Source: a virus (taxonomy: Duplodnaviria > Heunggongvirae > Uroviricota > Caudoviricetes). Taken from it: a stretch of DNA of 64,000 nt. The notes beneath the pieces are model-generated. The model searched no databases. It worked only from the letters and a program-made list of their open reading frames with translations, and was not told the origin of the DNA. Positions 9,906 to 19,812 of this stretch are shown one piece after another. The first letter of the stretch is position 1. Each line of letters starts with the position of its first letter. A program made the translations under genes and the position numbers. The stretch is taken from the IMG/VR virus record IMGVR_UViG_3300020048_000033, positions 21,156-85,155 of that record. One strand, written 5' to 3'.

Positions 9906-10089
9906 TTTAGAAAAGTTTAAATCCAATCAACTGAGAAAAACTTCTCAGGTTTTTGAGGACTGGAGTGTAAGCACTGTTGAGAAAAGTTTGTTTGATACCA
10001 TAAAAGCTCTTGTAAAGATTGTAGAAGACCAACAAAAAGAAATAAATACTATTAGGTCTATACTGGACAATAATACAGGTGGGTGTTGA
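9895..10089 (+). CDS. hypothetical protein
   Basis: Short ORF. Confidence 0.3.
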   Translation: MQTNLEKFKSNQLRKTSQVFEDWSVSTVEKSLFDTIKALVKIVEDQQKEINTIRSILDNNTGGC

Positions 10090-10331
10090 TGAGGGTTGAT
10101 AGAAATAAGGTACGGGATTTTCTTGCACTTGAATATGAAAAGGAAATCTCTGAGCTTGAATCTGATATTCTGGGATTATCAAATTTTATAGAAAAATATA
10201 TTCCACCTGATACAAATAGTCTTGATGGTAGTATGAATAGGTTTAATATGTATTGCGAAGAGGATTCAATGAGATTTTATTTAGAACTTAAAAAAAGTCG
10301 TCTTGCATATCTTAAAGAAAATTTATGTTAA
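10083..10331 (+). CDS. hypothetical protein
   Basis: Short ORF. Confidence 0.3.
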   Translation: MLMRVDRNKVRDFLALEYEKEISELESDILGLSNFIEKYIPPDTNSLDGSMNRFNMYCEEDSMRFYLELKKSRLAYLKENLC

Positions 10332-10354
10332 AGGTTTAGTGCAAAATTTTTTAT

Positions 10355-10437
10355 GCAGGTGTGGTGGAATGGTATACACAATAGTTTAAGAGGCTATCGC
10401 CCGTAAGGGCTTGGGAGTTCAAGTCTCCCCACCTGCA
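10355..10437 (+). tRNA. tRNA-Leu (class II, long variable arm; anticodon loop TTAAGAG, anticodon AAG)
   Basis: Acceptor GCAGGTG/CACCTGC perfect, T-arm GGGAG-TTCAAGT-CTCCC, variable-arm hairpin CGCCCGTAAGGGCT. 83 nt. Confidence 0.55.
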
Positions 10438-10457
10438 ATCTCTCGGAGGAATGTTAA

Positions 10458-10691
10458 TTGAAAAACTTTGGTTCACAAAATATCTTTAAGAAAATACTTA
10501 TAAAGATATGTCTTTCTATTCTTTGGAAACTGTCAGACGATGCTATAAGTAAAGTATCTAATCTAGGGGCTGAGTATGAAAACGTACCACTCCCATTAAT
10601 GTATGTTACCTCTTGGAAAGAAACCTTTTGGTTTTATAAATCAGAGGACTTTAAAGAAACTAAAAAATGGCTTAATGAAAAGGGGAATTGA
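10458..10691 (+). CDS. hypothetical protein
   Basis: Short ORF. Confidence 0.3.
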   Translation: MKNFGSQNIFKKILIKICLSILWKLSDDAISKVSNLGAEYENVPLPLMYVTSWKETFWFYKSEDFKETKKWLNEKGN

Positions 10692-11051
10692 ATGAAAAAT
10701 TTGATTGTTTTGATTGCGGTGTCTTTGTTGATGGTATCATGTGCTTATGTAACTTATTCTGATTTAGCTCCCGAAGATTATGGTAAGTATATTGAAACAG
10801 CAAGTTATTCTTTGGATAATGGTCCTTTAGCTTACAGTGTTATTAAGGGGGAGAACCCTGCTAATGAGTATAATTGGACTCAAGTAGTAGTTTCTTCTTC
10901 CTATAAACCAACCCCTTGGTTTACTATGTACTATAAAGGGGATAAAGCACTTCTTCTTAAGGGATACTTTCCTGATGCAGATTGTATCATGTCCTACCAA
11001 TTTAATTTCTACATTGGGTATAAAAGAGAAGTAAAGGATGAATTGAAATGA
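10692..11051 (+). CDS. putative lipoprotein
   Basis: Signal peptide with lipobox-like LMVSCAY. Confidence 0.45.
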   Translation: MKNLIVLIAVSLLMVSCAYVTYSDLAPEDYGKYIETASYSLDNGPLAYSVIKGENPANEYNWTQVVVSSSYKPTPWFTMYYKGDKALLLKGYFPDADCIMSYQFNFYIGYKREVKDELK

Positions 11052-11329
11052 TTCTTTCAAAAAGCGAAGCAGAAGATGTAATTTATGGAAACTCTGATAC
11101 TTTTACTGAAGCCTTAAAGGGGACAGTTCAGATAACTAACAACGGTAGATGGACTATTTCTAAAGAAGGGATTTTTCAGCACATCGAGTCTGGCAAGTTT
11201 TACAAGTTTGATTGGCATATAGGTGCAACTGAGTGTCAAGATCAAGAACCTTTTTATGAGGAAACTTATGAGCCAACTGAAGTTGAACTCAAAGAAGTAA
11301 CTGTTGAAAAATGGGTGGTAGTGAAATGA
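11048..11329 (+). CDS. hypothetical protein
   Basis: ORF coupled to the upstream gene. Confidence 0.35.
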   Translation: MILSKSEAEDVIYGNSDTFTEALKGTVQITNNGRWTISKEGIFQHIESGKFYKFDWHIGATECQDQEPFYEETYEPTEVELKEVTVEKWVVVK

Positions 11330-11625
11330 GTAGATTGCATCCGTGTGAAAATAGTCTCGCACATGGGGACGCATCCTTTGGTAAAGTTACCTATGAGTGC
11401 AAAATTGGCAATGAATGTAAAGGTTCTACCTTCCGGTGCAATAGCTTTCGTACCGCACCCGAACTTAAAGAACTTGAATTTCTTTGTGAACAAATGGATT
11501 CCTCTTTGTATTCAGGAGATTTATTTCTTGCAGAATCAGCAAGAGTGTTTCTTGAATGGTATATGGCTCGGTGGCAACGGAGCATGGAAGAAATGAGACT
11601 TGACCATCTGGAAGATTCAATCTAA
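11326..11625 (+). CDS. hypothetical Cys-rich protein
   Basis: In-frame ATG (MSRLHPCEN...) overlaps the upstream stop as ATGA. The alternative ORF 11345-11596 in another frame was rejected. Confidence 0.3.
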   Translation: MSRLHPCENSLAHGDASFGKVTYECKIGNECKGSTFRCNSFRTAPELKELEFLCEQMDSSLYSGDLFLAESARVFLEWYMARWQRSMEEMRLDHLEDSI

Positions 11626-11669
11626 TAAATCTCTTTTGAGATAAAACATACTAATTTAAGGGACATAAA

Positions 11670-12092
11670 ATGAAAGAGAAATTTGAATTGGGCGAATTTG
11701 TTAAATGTATTTCTACACCTAATATTGAAGGCGAAGTTAGAGGAATTAAGAGTTCTATAGATACGGAAACTATATATGACGTAGTATCAAGTGGAGTAAT
11801 TTTTAATATTCCTGTATGGGATCTTAAAAGTTATGACCACAGATATAAAGACAACAATATTGAAATTGTGGTTAAAGGTCGATTAGGTTCAGGAAAAACT
11901 ATCATTGAAGTATTGATTGCAGAATGTCTTTCTGAATACTACAATGTGGATATTAAACATCTTTCTGCTAAAGATTTTTATTTGACACAAGAGACTATCA
12001 ATTCTTATCTTGAAAAAAGACTTACAGAAAATTACAGTACAGTTAAGAAACAGAATGTAACTATTCGTTCTGAACAGCTTAACAGAAAATAA
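11670..12092 (+). CDS. hypothetical protein
   Basis: 140-aa ORF. Confidence 0.4.
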   Translation: MKEKFELGEFVKCISTPNIEGEVRGIKSSIDTETIYDVVSSGVIFNIPVWDLKSYDHRYKDNNIEIVVKGRLGSGKTIIEVLIAECLSEYYNVDIKHLSAKDFYLTQETINSYLEKRLTENYSTVKKQNVTIRSEQLNRK

Positions 12093-12154
12093 AGGGAAGT
12101 GAAAAATGAAGTACACATTCTATGGACATTAAGTAACCTTAAAGGGGGAACTTA

Positions 12155-12700
12155 ATGTACAGCACTTATGATACATCAAATGGAAATAGAATAACCTATG
12201 ATGGTTGGTGGGATTTAATCAGATGTATTAAATCCTATGGATATGAGCAATATATTGCTCATAATGAAAATGACTCTTTACCTTCTCGTGAGTCTACTTA
12301 TCTCCAAGACTATAATGTTTGGATTTCAAAAGCAGTCTACAAGAAACGAGATGTCTTTGTATATGATGACAATGTAATTGTTAATATATCAGAGATACGG
12401 GAAGCACTAAAGTCTTTTGATGAAAATCTCTCACCTGTAAAAAAATACAAGCACTCTTGGTCTAGAGACTGCTTATTTGAATACAGGAAAGAACCTGTCC
12501 CCTTTACTGGGAATGGAAGAAGAGCTAAGTACTATCGAAAGATACCCAAAAACAAGAACTATGTTCTCGGTGTTTTGAGTTATGTAAATGATGCAAGAAT
12601 TAGAGAAGCTTATGACCGAATTAATACTTGGTCTGACGACTTCCCTCCTCGATGCACACAAAGGTCTTGGAAAACTTTCCGAGATCACCAATATAAATAA
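12155..12700 (+). CDS. hypothetical protein
   Basis: 181-aa ORF. Confidence 0.4.
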   Translation: MYSTYDTSNGNRITYDGWWDLIRCIKSYGYEQYIAHNENDSLPSRESTYLQDYNVWISKAVYKKRDVFVYDDNVIVNISEIREALKSFDENLSPVKKYKHSWSRDCLFEYRKEPVPFTGNGRRAKYYRKIPKNKNYVLGVLSYVNDARIREAYDRINTWSDDFPPRCTQRSWKTFRDHQYK

Positions 12701-12705
12701 TTGGT

Positions 12706-12948
12706 ATGGAGGTCTTTATGTTTGCAGTATATGTTCTCGATTGGACTGAATCTGAAAGTGGTTGGGGTCAAAGACCTGATGGAACCACGTATCACAAAAC
12801 AAAACAGTTAGCACTTGATTACAAGAAAGAACATGATTTTAATGGGTGCCCTGAAATATATACTTTTTCTGGGCAACCCTACCTTCTCGAAGTCTCTAAA
12901 GAGATTTTTGATGAAGTTCAACTTAAGGATTTTATGTGGGCTAAATAG
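12706..12948 (+). CDS. hypothetical protein
   Basis: ORF. Confidence 0.35.
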   Translation: MEVFMFAVYVLDWTESESGWGQRPDGTTYHKTKQLALDYKKEHDFNGCPEIYTFSGQPYLLEVSKEIFDEVQLKDFMWAK

Positions 12949-12959
12949 GAGTAAATAAA

Positions 12960-13319
12960 ATGGATTCAGGAACTTTTGCGTCTATTAAGGATTACAAATC
13001 CTTAGCCTATGTTATGGATCAGATAAATAAAATGTTGGCATCAGATTCAGAAAAACATAACGCATATAAATTATCATTGTTTATTAATAAGTTTAATAAA
13101 GCTTGTATTCAGCTAGAAGTAATGAATGCTATCAATCACTTGGAAATAATTTTAAATGGTAGTTTTAATATACAACTTTTTGTTAACCTCATGTGGAAAG
13201 ACTATCAAGAAAAAATAGAAAAAGAACTAACATATATTAATGACCCAGTATTAATAAGTCACTTGAAAAATTTTATGTACACAAAATTAAAAGTTTCTGG
13301 TGGACTTATATCTTTGTGA
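12960..13319 (+). CDS. hypothetical protein
   Basis: ORF. Confidence 0.35.
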   Translation: MDSGTFASIKDYKSLAYVMDQINKMLASDSEKHNAYKLSLFINKFNKACIQLEVMNAINHLEIILNGSFNIQLFVNLMWKDYQEKIEKELTYINDPVLISHLKNFMYTKLKVSGGLISL

Positions 13320-13341
13320 AAATAAACCTTTGGAGGTTATT

Positions 13342-14340
13342 ATGAAAATTAAAGTGATTGGTTGCGGCGGAGCTTTCACCGAAGAACTTTATCATCAGTG
13401 TTTTATGCTTTCAGAAAATGGAAGAAACTTATTTATCGATTATGGACAACAGATTCAACCCTTTGCTCTTAAGAATGCAGGGTTAACTGTTAAAGATGTG
13501 GATGAAGTTATCATTACACATTGTCATGATGACCATGTTCTGTCCCTTGGAATGCTAGGGCTGAGACGGTATGACTTTATTAATAAACCTCAAAACTGTA
13601 AGGATACAAAGATTCCTTATGCGCCTAAATTGATTATTAATCATAACCTTTTATCGGAGATTAATGATATCACTAAGGGAAACTTTAGAACTATTGAAGG
13701 CTTTGTTTCTACACTTGATACTTTCTTTGATGTTAAGGTTCTCCAAGATAATGAGCCTTATTTTTTTGAGGGCTGGAAAGTAGATATGGTTCAACAGATT
13801 CATGTAATGACTGGATCAACCGTAATGTATTCCTATGGGGTATTTTTTGAAAAAGGGGATAAGTCCTTTTTAATTACCTCCGATACTCAATATTTTCAAC
13901 CTAGACAAGTACACTATTTTTATAAAAAAGCAAACTTAATTATCACAGATTGTGAAACAATTGGAACAAACTTTCAATTTCAAGAGGGTGAAAAGGTTTA
14001 CATTAAAGATGGAAAGCCCTATAGGTATCCTGTTCAAGCAGACGATCCCGATGGAATGAAATCTTTAGAAATTATGACTAAAGGATATGAAATAAAAGAT
14101 TGGGAATGTTTTAAGTTTATGTCTGGGGTTCATAGTTCCTATTGTGAGTTAGCTGGATATAAATCCGCTAATGCAATGATACTTTCCTCAGACATCAAAG
14201 ATAAGACCTGGTTATCCCATTATGGAGATCATGTTATTCATGGTGTTGATGCTTTCGGAAATAAAGTGGATTGGGACGCACAAGCTAAGAAAGATGGATT
14301 TGCAGGTTTTGTAAAACTTGGTCAGGTATTCGAAGTTTAA
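13342..14340 (+). CDS. metallo-beta-lactamase-fold hydrolase (RNase Z/PhnP-like)
   Basis: MKIKVIGCGGAF ... ITHCHDDH (HxHxDH zinc-binding motif) after the likely true start MKIKV at 13342. Confidence 0.55.
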   Translation: MKIKVIGCGGAFTEELYHQCFMLSENGRNLFIDYGQQIQPFALKNAGLTVKDVDEVIITHCHDDHVLSLGMLGLRRYDFINKPQNCKDTKIPYAPKLIINHNLLSEINDITKGNFRTIEGFVSTLDTFFDVKVLQDNEPYFFEGWKVDMVQQIHVMTGSTVMYSYGVFFEKGDKSFLITSDTQYFQPRQVHYFYKKANLIITDCETIGTNFQFQEGEKVYIKDGKPYRYPVQADDPDGMKSLEIMTKGYEIKDWECFKFMSGVHSSYCELAGYKSANAMILSSDIKDKTWLSHYGDHVIHGVDAFGNKVDWDAQAKKDGFAGFVKLGQVFEV

Positions 14341-14433
14341 TCCTTGTAAGTATCCCCCCCTATTCGTAGGGGTATTTTCTTTAAGATTTAAGATTTAAGT
14401 TTAAGTTAATATATCTATAGAGTTATTTCAATA

Positions 14434-15045
14434 TTGGATGTTAAAATGAAAAAAGATTTAGTAAAATATGAATGGATAGCACAACTCCCCTCAGACACTA
14501 CCTTTGTAGTTTTTGATACGGAGACAACAGGGTTATCTCCAAATGATAATCGAGTAATAGAAATCGGTGCAATACGTTTTCATTATAAGAAGGAATTGGA
14601 AGAGTTTGATTATCTGATTAATCCTGAGACAGTAATCCCTTATAATATTACTAAATTGACAAGCATTACAAATGATATGGTAAAGAATGCTCCGACCGCT
14701 AAGGATATCGTACCAAAGTTTTTAGAGTTTATTGGTGATGCAATATTGATTGCACATAATGCTTCTTTTGATATTAATTTTATTAATGCTGAGTTGGCAA
14801 GGTTATCCCTTCCTCCCCTGACTAATAAAGTAATTGATACCAGATACTTAGCACAAGCTTTATTCACAAAAGAAACTAATTATAAGTTACAGACTCTTGC
14901 TGAGAGTTTTAAGATCGAAGTACTTGCCGCACATAGAGCTAATGATGATTCTAGGGTATGTATGAAACTTTTTCTTATTTGTATTCGGGAATTATATAAA
15001 GAAATTAAACCTGTTCGCAAAGAGAAACTTAAGGAAGTTGTTTAA
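14434..15045 (+). CDS. DnaQ-like 3'-5' exonuclease (DEDDh family, Pol III epsilon-like)
   Basis: Exo I FVVFDTETTG, Exo II ILIAHNASFDINFI, Exo III HRANDDSRV motifs in correct order and spacing. Confidence 0.7.
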   Translation: MDVKMKKDLVKYEWIAQLPSDTTFVVFDTETTGLSPNDNRVIEIGAIRFHYKKELEEFDYLINPETVIPYNITKLTSITNDMVKNAPTAKDIVPKFLEFIGDAILIAHNASFDINFINAELARLSLPPLTNKVIDTRYLAQALFTKETNYKLQTLAESFKIEVLAAHRANDDSRVCMKLFLICIRELYKEIKPVRKEKLKEVV

Positions 15046-15059
15046 CAAAGGATTTTACT

Positions 15060-15332
15060 ATGGAAAAAGCATTAGATTTCGATTTTTTATTTGCAGAGCT
15101 TCAGTCGGATATTCTAATTGCTTTTTACTCAATTGAGTCACAAGCAGGGATGTTAAGAAAAGATCATCCTGAATTACGTAAGGGACAAGCAATCTACACA
15201 ATTGCAAGCGATCTTTTTCCCGCTACTACTAAACACTTAGATTCAGAGGTTGACTGTTTTTATGTTGACTCTAAAATAGAAATTTTCCTACACGCTTTAA
15301 GTGAACAACTAATTAAAGATAATAAGATGTAG
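15060..15332 (+). CDS. hypothetical protein
   Basis: ORF. Confidence 0.3.
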   Translation: MEKALDFDFLFAELQSDILIAFYSIESQAGMLRKDHPELRKGQAIYTIASDLFPATTKHLDSEVDCFYVDSKIEIFLHALSEQLIKDNKM

Positions 15333-15345
15333 GATTGGTTTTAAA

Positions 15346-16074
15346 TTGAGAAGATTAAATGAAGCTACTGATATTCAAAAGAAAAGAGACTCGGTACTTC
15401 AATCTATTCAGGATAAAGATGATTTAGTTGTTGCTTGGCATGGAACAACCCACTTTTGGTTGGTTTGGTTTTGTCTATATGGAATATCTGCTGATGTTGA
15501 ACCTCCCGCTAAATACTTGGGTAGAGGAAACATGACAACCGGATTTACCAAGATAAAAGATAATGGGTTGTATGTCTCTGCTAGGAAACTTTCTGGATTT
15601 GATTCCCATATTAAACTTGAAGTAGCCCCTTCTGAATTAGGAATTTCATTTGAAATGAAAGAGCGTGGTTATACTCAAGAGACTGTGTTAAAAACACTTC
15701 AAGCAGGTGATTGTATCATTGTGAAGAAACTTCCTGCAAAAAGAATTGTTAATATAGTATATATGGGTAAGGTGTATTCAAGAAAAACTTTCTTGGATAC
15801 AATTCCTGACCCCTATGAGTTTATAGATAAAAACTATAAAACACAGATGTATGATAATGGAAATCCTTTAAGATTAAATGCTGACTTAAACTCTTTATTT
15901 ATGGATATTAAGAAAGACTTTCTCCGTGGAAAGTCTCCTGAGGAAGAATTAGTAATTATTGAGGACTTTATTAAACATAAAGATTATCAGTATTCAGGTA
16001 TTTCCTTAGAAGATTCTATTAAGATTAGAGACTGGTTAATTACAAAAAGAGATAAAAGTGGAAGTAATCTGTAA
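15346..16074 (+). CDS. hypothetical protein
   Basis: 242-aa ORF. Confidence 0.4.
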   Translation: MRRLNEATDIQKKRDSVLQSIQDKDDLVVAWHGTTHFWLVWFCLYGISADVEPPAKYLGRGNMTTGFTKIKDNGLYVSARKLSGFDSHIKLEVAPSELGISFEMKERGYTQETVLKTLQAGDCIIVKKLPAKRIVNIVYMGKVYSRKTFLDTIPDPYEFIDKNYKTQMYDNGNPLRLNADLNSLFMDIKKDFLRGKSPEEELVIIEDFIKHKDYQYSGISLEDSIKIRDWLITKRDKSGSNL

Positions 16075-16124
16075 AAAGTGTGTAGCTAAAACACGATTTC
16101 AGTTTACCTACTAATTAATTAATA

Positions 16125-16165
16125 TGCGAGAGTGGTGGAAGTGGCAGACACGCTCGGAGAGTATA
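16125..16165 (+). pseudogene. tRNA 5'-half-like fragment (GCGAGAGTGGTGGAAGTGGCAGACAC...), no T-arm
   Basis: Matches the 5' acceptor and D-arm of the class II tRNA at 10355 (GCAGGTGTGGTGGAATGGTATACAC) but lacks anticodon and T arms. Lies immediately upstream of an HNH endonuclease gene. Confidence 0.3.
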
Positions 16166-16212
16166 CAATAAACTTTTCCATATGCTCCTACTAATTATAG
16201 TAGGAGTTTGGG

Positions 16213-16671
16213 ATGAAACTTAAATATACAAAAGAGTTACTGAGTAATGCTGTATTGGAGAGTACCACAGTATCTGAGGTTATTAGAAAACTTGGATTGA
16301 AAAGTGCGGGAGGAACACACTATCATATTGCTAATAAGATTAAGCTGTATGAAATTGACACCTCTCACTTCACAGGTAAAAGATCCAATTTGGGAAAATC
16401 ATCAGTAAACAAACATACTAAGGAGAGTTTTTTAGAGTCTTTAAAAAAAGACAACCCTCAGAATGGTTCAAGACTCCTTAAGAGATTAAAAGAATTTGGG
16501 ATAAAAGAGCATTGTTGTGAAAAGTGTAATAACAAATCTTGGATGGATGAAGACATTCCTCTTGAGGTTGATCATATTGATGGAGACCACCATAATAATG
16601 AAATTACTAACTTGAGAGTATTATGTCCCAATTGTCATGCACAGACTGAAAATTATTGTCGTAAAAATTAA
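16213..16671 (+). CDS. HNH homing endonuclease
   Basis: C-terminal CCEKCN...EVDHIDGDHHNNEITNLRVLCPNCHAQ HNH/zinc-finger motif. Flanked by a tRNA fragment and two tRNA genes. Confidence 0.75.
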   Translation: MKLKYTKELLSNAVLESTTVSEVIRKLGLKSAGGTHYHIANKIKLYEIDTSHFTGKRSNLGKSSVNKHTKESFLESLKKDNPQNGSRLLKRLKEFGIKEHCCEKCNNKSWMDEDIPLEVDHIDGDHHNNEITNLRVLCPNCHAQTENYCRKN

Positions 16672-16673
16672 AA

Positions 16674-16747
16674 GGCTCTGTAGCCCAACGGCAGGAGGCG
16701 AATGGCTTAGGACCATTACAGTGTCGGTTCGAATCCGACCCGAGCCA
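16674..16747 (+). tRNA. tRNA, class I, anticodon UAG (Leu-type anticodon; paralog of 9410)
   Basis: Acceptor GGCTCTG/CCGAGCC (one mismatch), T-arm GTCGG-TTCGAAT-CCGAC, anticodon stem AATGG/CCATT with loop CTTAGGA. Confidence 0.5.
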
Positions 16748-16754
16748 CAAACGT

Positions 16755-16827
16755 AGCAGGTTAGAGAAACGGCTAACTCACAAGCCTCATAAGCTTGAAA
16801 TAACTGGTTCGACTCCAGTATCTGCAT
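16755..16827 (+). tRNA. tRNA-Met/Ile2 (anticodon CAU)
   Basis: Anticodon stem CAAGC/GCTTG with loop CTCATAA, T-arm ACTGG-TTCGACT-CCAGT. Acceptor has one mismatch. Confidence 0.45.
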
Positions 16828-16830
16828 TAA

Positions 16831-17025
16831 ATGAGTAAAAGTAAATTAGAAATTTTAGAAGCTTTTAGGAATATTAACTTTAAGGAATTGGAAAATATTC
16901 CTTTATCTGAAGCCTATTGGAAAGCTGATGCAGAGCTTTGTAGAAAGCTTCATCAAAAAAGTAAAGAACTTCAAGACTCTCTTAAAATGAGTGATGAAAA
17001 ATTTCGCAAACCTTTTGACTTATAG
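16831..17025 (+). CDS. hypothetical protein
   Basis: Short ORF. Confidence 0.25.
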   Translation: MSKSKLEILEAFRNINFKELENIPLSEAYWKADAELCRKLHQKSKELQDSLKMSDEKFRKPFDL

Positions 17026-17104
17026 GGAGAAGGATATGAAGATTGACAGAGAAGCTATGCTTGTGTTTTTAGAGAAGTCCTTTGAAGAAAGAATAAATAT
17101 TGTG

Positions 17105-18490
17105 AACTAGTTCCACCTTAAAAGGTGGAATCTTCGTTTTTCGTTTCATCAAAACTGCTTTCAACTTTAGAAGATTCTAAAGCTAAAGAGGCAAGTTTCT
17201 CTACGGAGGCTTGTTCCAAGCACTCAGCTCTTTTAGTCGAGCCAAACAATTTCACATTCCTTGATGCATGAACATCCCGATCCTCGGTATATCCACAACT
17301 ACACTTATATGTCCTTTCACTTAACGGTATTGTATTCAACACTCCACAGCTTGGACAGTATTTCGTAGTTGGCATCCATTTACTGATTTTATAAGAACGA
17401 TCTGATTTCTCTAACTCAAGTAGCTTTGTTTTTACTCTTCCTAAATAGGAACTCTGAATAACTCTTGCAAACCCTTTGTTAGACTTCTTCCACTTTGACA
17501 ACTGCTCATCTTGAAAATATACTATATCATAGTCTTTCAGGAAATACGCAATCAGCTTGTTGGAATCATCTGTCTTCTTATTCGTTAAATGTTCGTACTC
17601 TTTCTTTATCTGTTTGAGACAATTATAGTATCGCTTTGACCCTTTTTCTTTCTTACTCAGCTTTCTTTGTAAGAACTTTAAATGGTCACTTTCTTGCACA
17701 CTACAATTGAATTTCTCTCCCTCAGATGTTGTTATGTTATCTTTAATTCCAAAGTCAAGTCCTACAGACTTACCTGTTTGTTCTCTCTTTTTAGAATCTT
17801 TTTCAATCATTATTGAAATGTTAATATATAATCCAGAAGCTTTTTTTATAAACTTGGCATTTGCTAATTCGTAGTTTGGATATTTCAGGAGCTGTTCCAG
17901 TCCGTACACTTTTAAATTTGCAAAGCCCGGTATTGTAATATGAGAGTTTCCACGAATTTTTAACCAAGGGCCAGTAATTATAGGAATACAATTAACTTCT
18001 TTTTTAAACTTAAGTCGTCCTACTTTGTTACCTTTCTTTTTAATTTTAGATAAAGTAACGATATCTTGTTTTTTTGATTGAACCAAAGCTCTGTGCATGA
18101 CAGAACTCAAAGTAATGTCTGAGATTACTTCATTTTTATCTTTATCGAAATGAGTTACTTTTTTATGTTCGAGATAATCATATTTGAAGATGTCAGTTGA
18201 ATTGAGCATATCATTTACAACCCACTTTGCTTGAGTGAAAGCGAAGTACATTTCAGATAATTTTTCTTTAGGGATTTGGTGAACATTGACTTTAAGTTCT
18301 AAGACTTTACAAGACTGATTTAGTCTACGGAGTTTAGTATTTTTAAGAGACTGTTTAATTTTATTGTTTGTATCTATTGATGACGGTCTCATATATTAAC
18401 TAACTCCTTATATTTAATTAGTTGTAGTTAATTAAAAGACTTATAGTTGGAAACTTCTTTATTCCACCTTAAAAGGATGGAATCTTACGA
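17105..18490 (-). mobile_element. IS200/IS605-family tnpB-only insertion element (IS1341-like)
   Basis: TnpB ORF is bracketed by near-identical subterminal hairpins in direct orientation (17109-17130 TTCCACCTTAAAAGGTGGAATC; 18462-18486 TTCCACCTTAAAAGGATGGAATC). No tnpA is present. Confidence 0.6.
17118..18392 (-). CDS. tnpB: TnpB (OrfB) RNA-guided endonuclease-like transposon protein
   Basis: C-terminal zinc finger CPSCG...CSCG followed by RuvC-III-like DRDVHASRNV. 424 aa. Confidence 0.75.
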   Translation of the reverse strand: MRPSSIDTNNKIKQSLKNTKLRRLNQSCKVLELKVNVHQIPKEKLSEMYFAFTQAKWVVNDMLNSTDIFKYDYLEHKKVTHFDKDKNEVISDITLSSVMHRALVQSKKQDIVTLSKIKKKGNKVGRLKFKKEVNCIPIITGPWLKIRGNSHITIPGFANLKVYGLEQLLKYPNYELANAKFIKKASGLYINISIMIEKDSKKREQTGKSVGLDFGIKDNITTSEGEKFNCSVQESDHLKFLQRKLSKKEKGSKRYYNCLKQIKKEYEHLTNKKTDDSNKLIAYFLKDYDIVYFQDEQLSKWKKSNKGFARVIQSSYLGRVKTKLLELEKSDRSYKISKWMPTTKYCPSCGVLNTIPLSERTYKCSCGYTEDRDVHASRNVKLFGSTKRAECLEQASVEKLASLALESSKVESSFDETKNEDSTF

Positions 18491-18765
18491 AGTTTCAAGA
18501 GTTTTTGTTAAAAAAGATATTGCTGATTCCATAGAAGAATGTATAGATTATCCTGAGGGATTGCCAATTGTGGAAGAACTTAAATTACGTTCTCAGGGAC
18601 TCCTTGCTTTAGAAATAAAGGAATAAACTTAGAGTCAATAAATAGAGAAAAATTGAGTTTAAGAAGATTTTAATTAAAATCGTCATTAATAGCTACTACA
18701 ACTAATTAAATATCAACAACTAATTAAAAGAATGTTAATATATAAAGGGTATAAAGGGTATAAAG

Positions 18766-19152
18766 ATGAAAAAGATATTTGTTAGTTCTGCAATCGCTAC
18801 AATTCATGAAGATTCCTATGAAGAGGGTGAAGGCAAATACTCAAATGAATTTGTAATGGATATTAAAGGAAAGACTTTTAGTTCCTATAAAGATTTTATA
18901 AAATCTTTATGTGATGAATTTTATTATGAAAATGGTTCTTCAACTTATGAAGATTTTCTTGAGATTGATGATCAAAATAATGAAGTTCTTTTTTATACAG
19001 ACTTCACATTAAACTCTGAAAATGTAATGCCAAGTGAAAATGAATTTGAGAGTTGGAAGAAAGGAAACTTAACTCTATATTCTGCAAGATGTTATTTTGA
19101 TCTTAAACTTGTGAGCGATATAAGTTCACTTGAAGAATTAAAGAACCTATAA
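18766..19152 (+). CDS. hypothetical acidic protein
   Basis: 128-aa ORF preceded by a GTTAATATA motif. Confidence 0.35.
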   Translation: MKKIFVSSAIATIHEDSYEEGEGKYSNEFVMDIKGKTFSSYKDFIKSLCDEFYYENGSSTYEDFLEIDDQNNEVLFYTDFTLNSENVMPSENEFESWKKGNLTLYSARCYFDLKLVSDISSLEELKNL

Positions 19153-19406
19153 ACAACAAAAAGTCTTTCTAAAAGACTCTAACTAATTAGATATCTTAAT
19201 AAAGGAAAAATACTATGGTAAAGAATACAGTTACGAAATCATTTAATGAATATTCTCATATTGAATCAGCATTTAATTATTCTGATTATAATACAGCCAG
19301 TATTGGGCCTAAAGGTTCCTTGAGCTGAATTAAGAAGATTGATGGGCGTTTTATACGGCTTCCAGATTCTTCTGGGAGCCTTTTTTATTTTACGAAATAA
19401 TTCGTA

Positions 19407-19453
19407 AAAAAGTTTTGAACTTTTCCTGAAAATCCTATATATTATATATGTAG
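19407..19453 (+). promoter_or_regulatory. class A promoter-like motif, copy 2 (upstream of the tRNA cluster)
   Basis: AATTCGTAAAAAAGTTTTGAACTTTTCCTGAAAATCCTATATATTATATA is identical to the other copies. Confidence 0.55.
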
Positions 19454-19740
19454 CGCAATCGGAAGAGGCACAAGACTCGGAAGATTCAGAAAAGGGTTGG
19501 ATATGAACCATAATAAAATATTCTAGTAGTGAAAGGGTTAGGTTACGCTTTTGCTAAAGTATATGTTATCCGTAGACATATGCGAATAACCTCCTTAGGC
19601 TAATACCTTTGGAAATTAAGGAACGGAAAAGCTTTTAGGTTTTAAATGTTTACCTACGTGTAAAGGTGAAAAACTGCCATTTTATTTCTTGTTGGGGTGG
19701 TACCCAACTTGAAGGATTTTGACAAGGGAAAGCGATTGGA

Positions 19741-19812
19741 TTTTCTATAAGCTCAGTGGATAGAGCTATGGTTTTTTAGCCGTGGTCGTTGGTTCGTGTC
19801 CAACTAGAAGAT
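19741..19812 (+). pseudogene. tRNA-like element with a degenerate anticodon arm (TTTTTT loop)
   Basis: Perfect D-arm GCTCAGTGGATAGAGC, T-arm GTTGG-TTCGTGT-CCAAC, acceptor TTTTCTA/TAGAAGA. No pairable anticodon stem. Confidence 0.3.

Noticed and set aside
11345-11596. ORF 11345-11596 overlapping 11311-11625 in another frame
   Set aside because: The frame whose ATG overlaps the upstream stop (11326) was preferred. The two ORFs are mutually exclusive.
19266-19511. ORF 19266-19511 on the minus strand
   Set aside because: It overlaps the class A promoter motif and the head of the tRNA cluster, and is antisense to the general gene direction.
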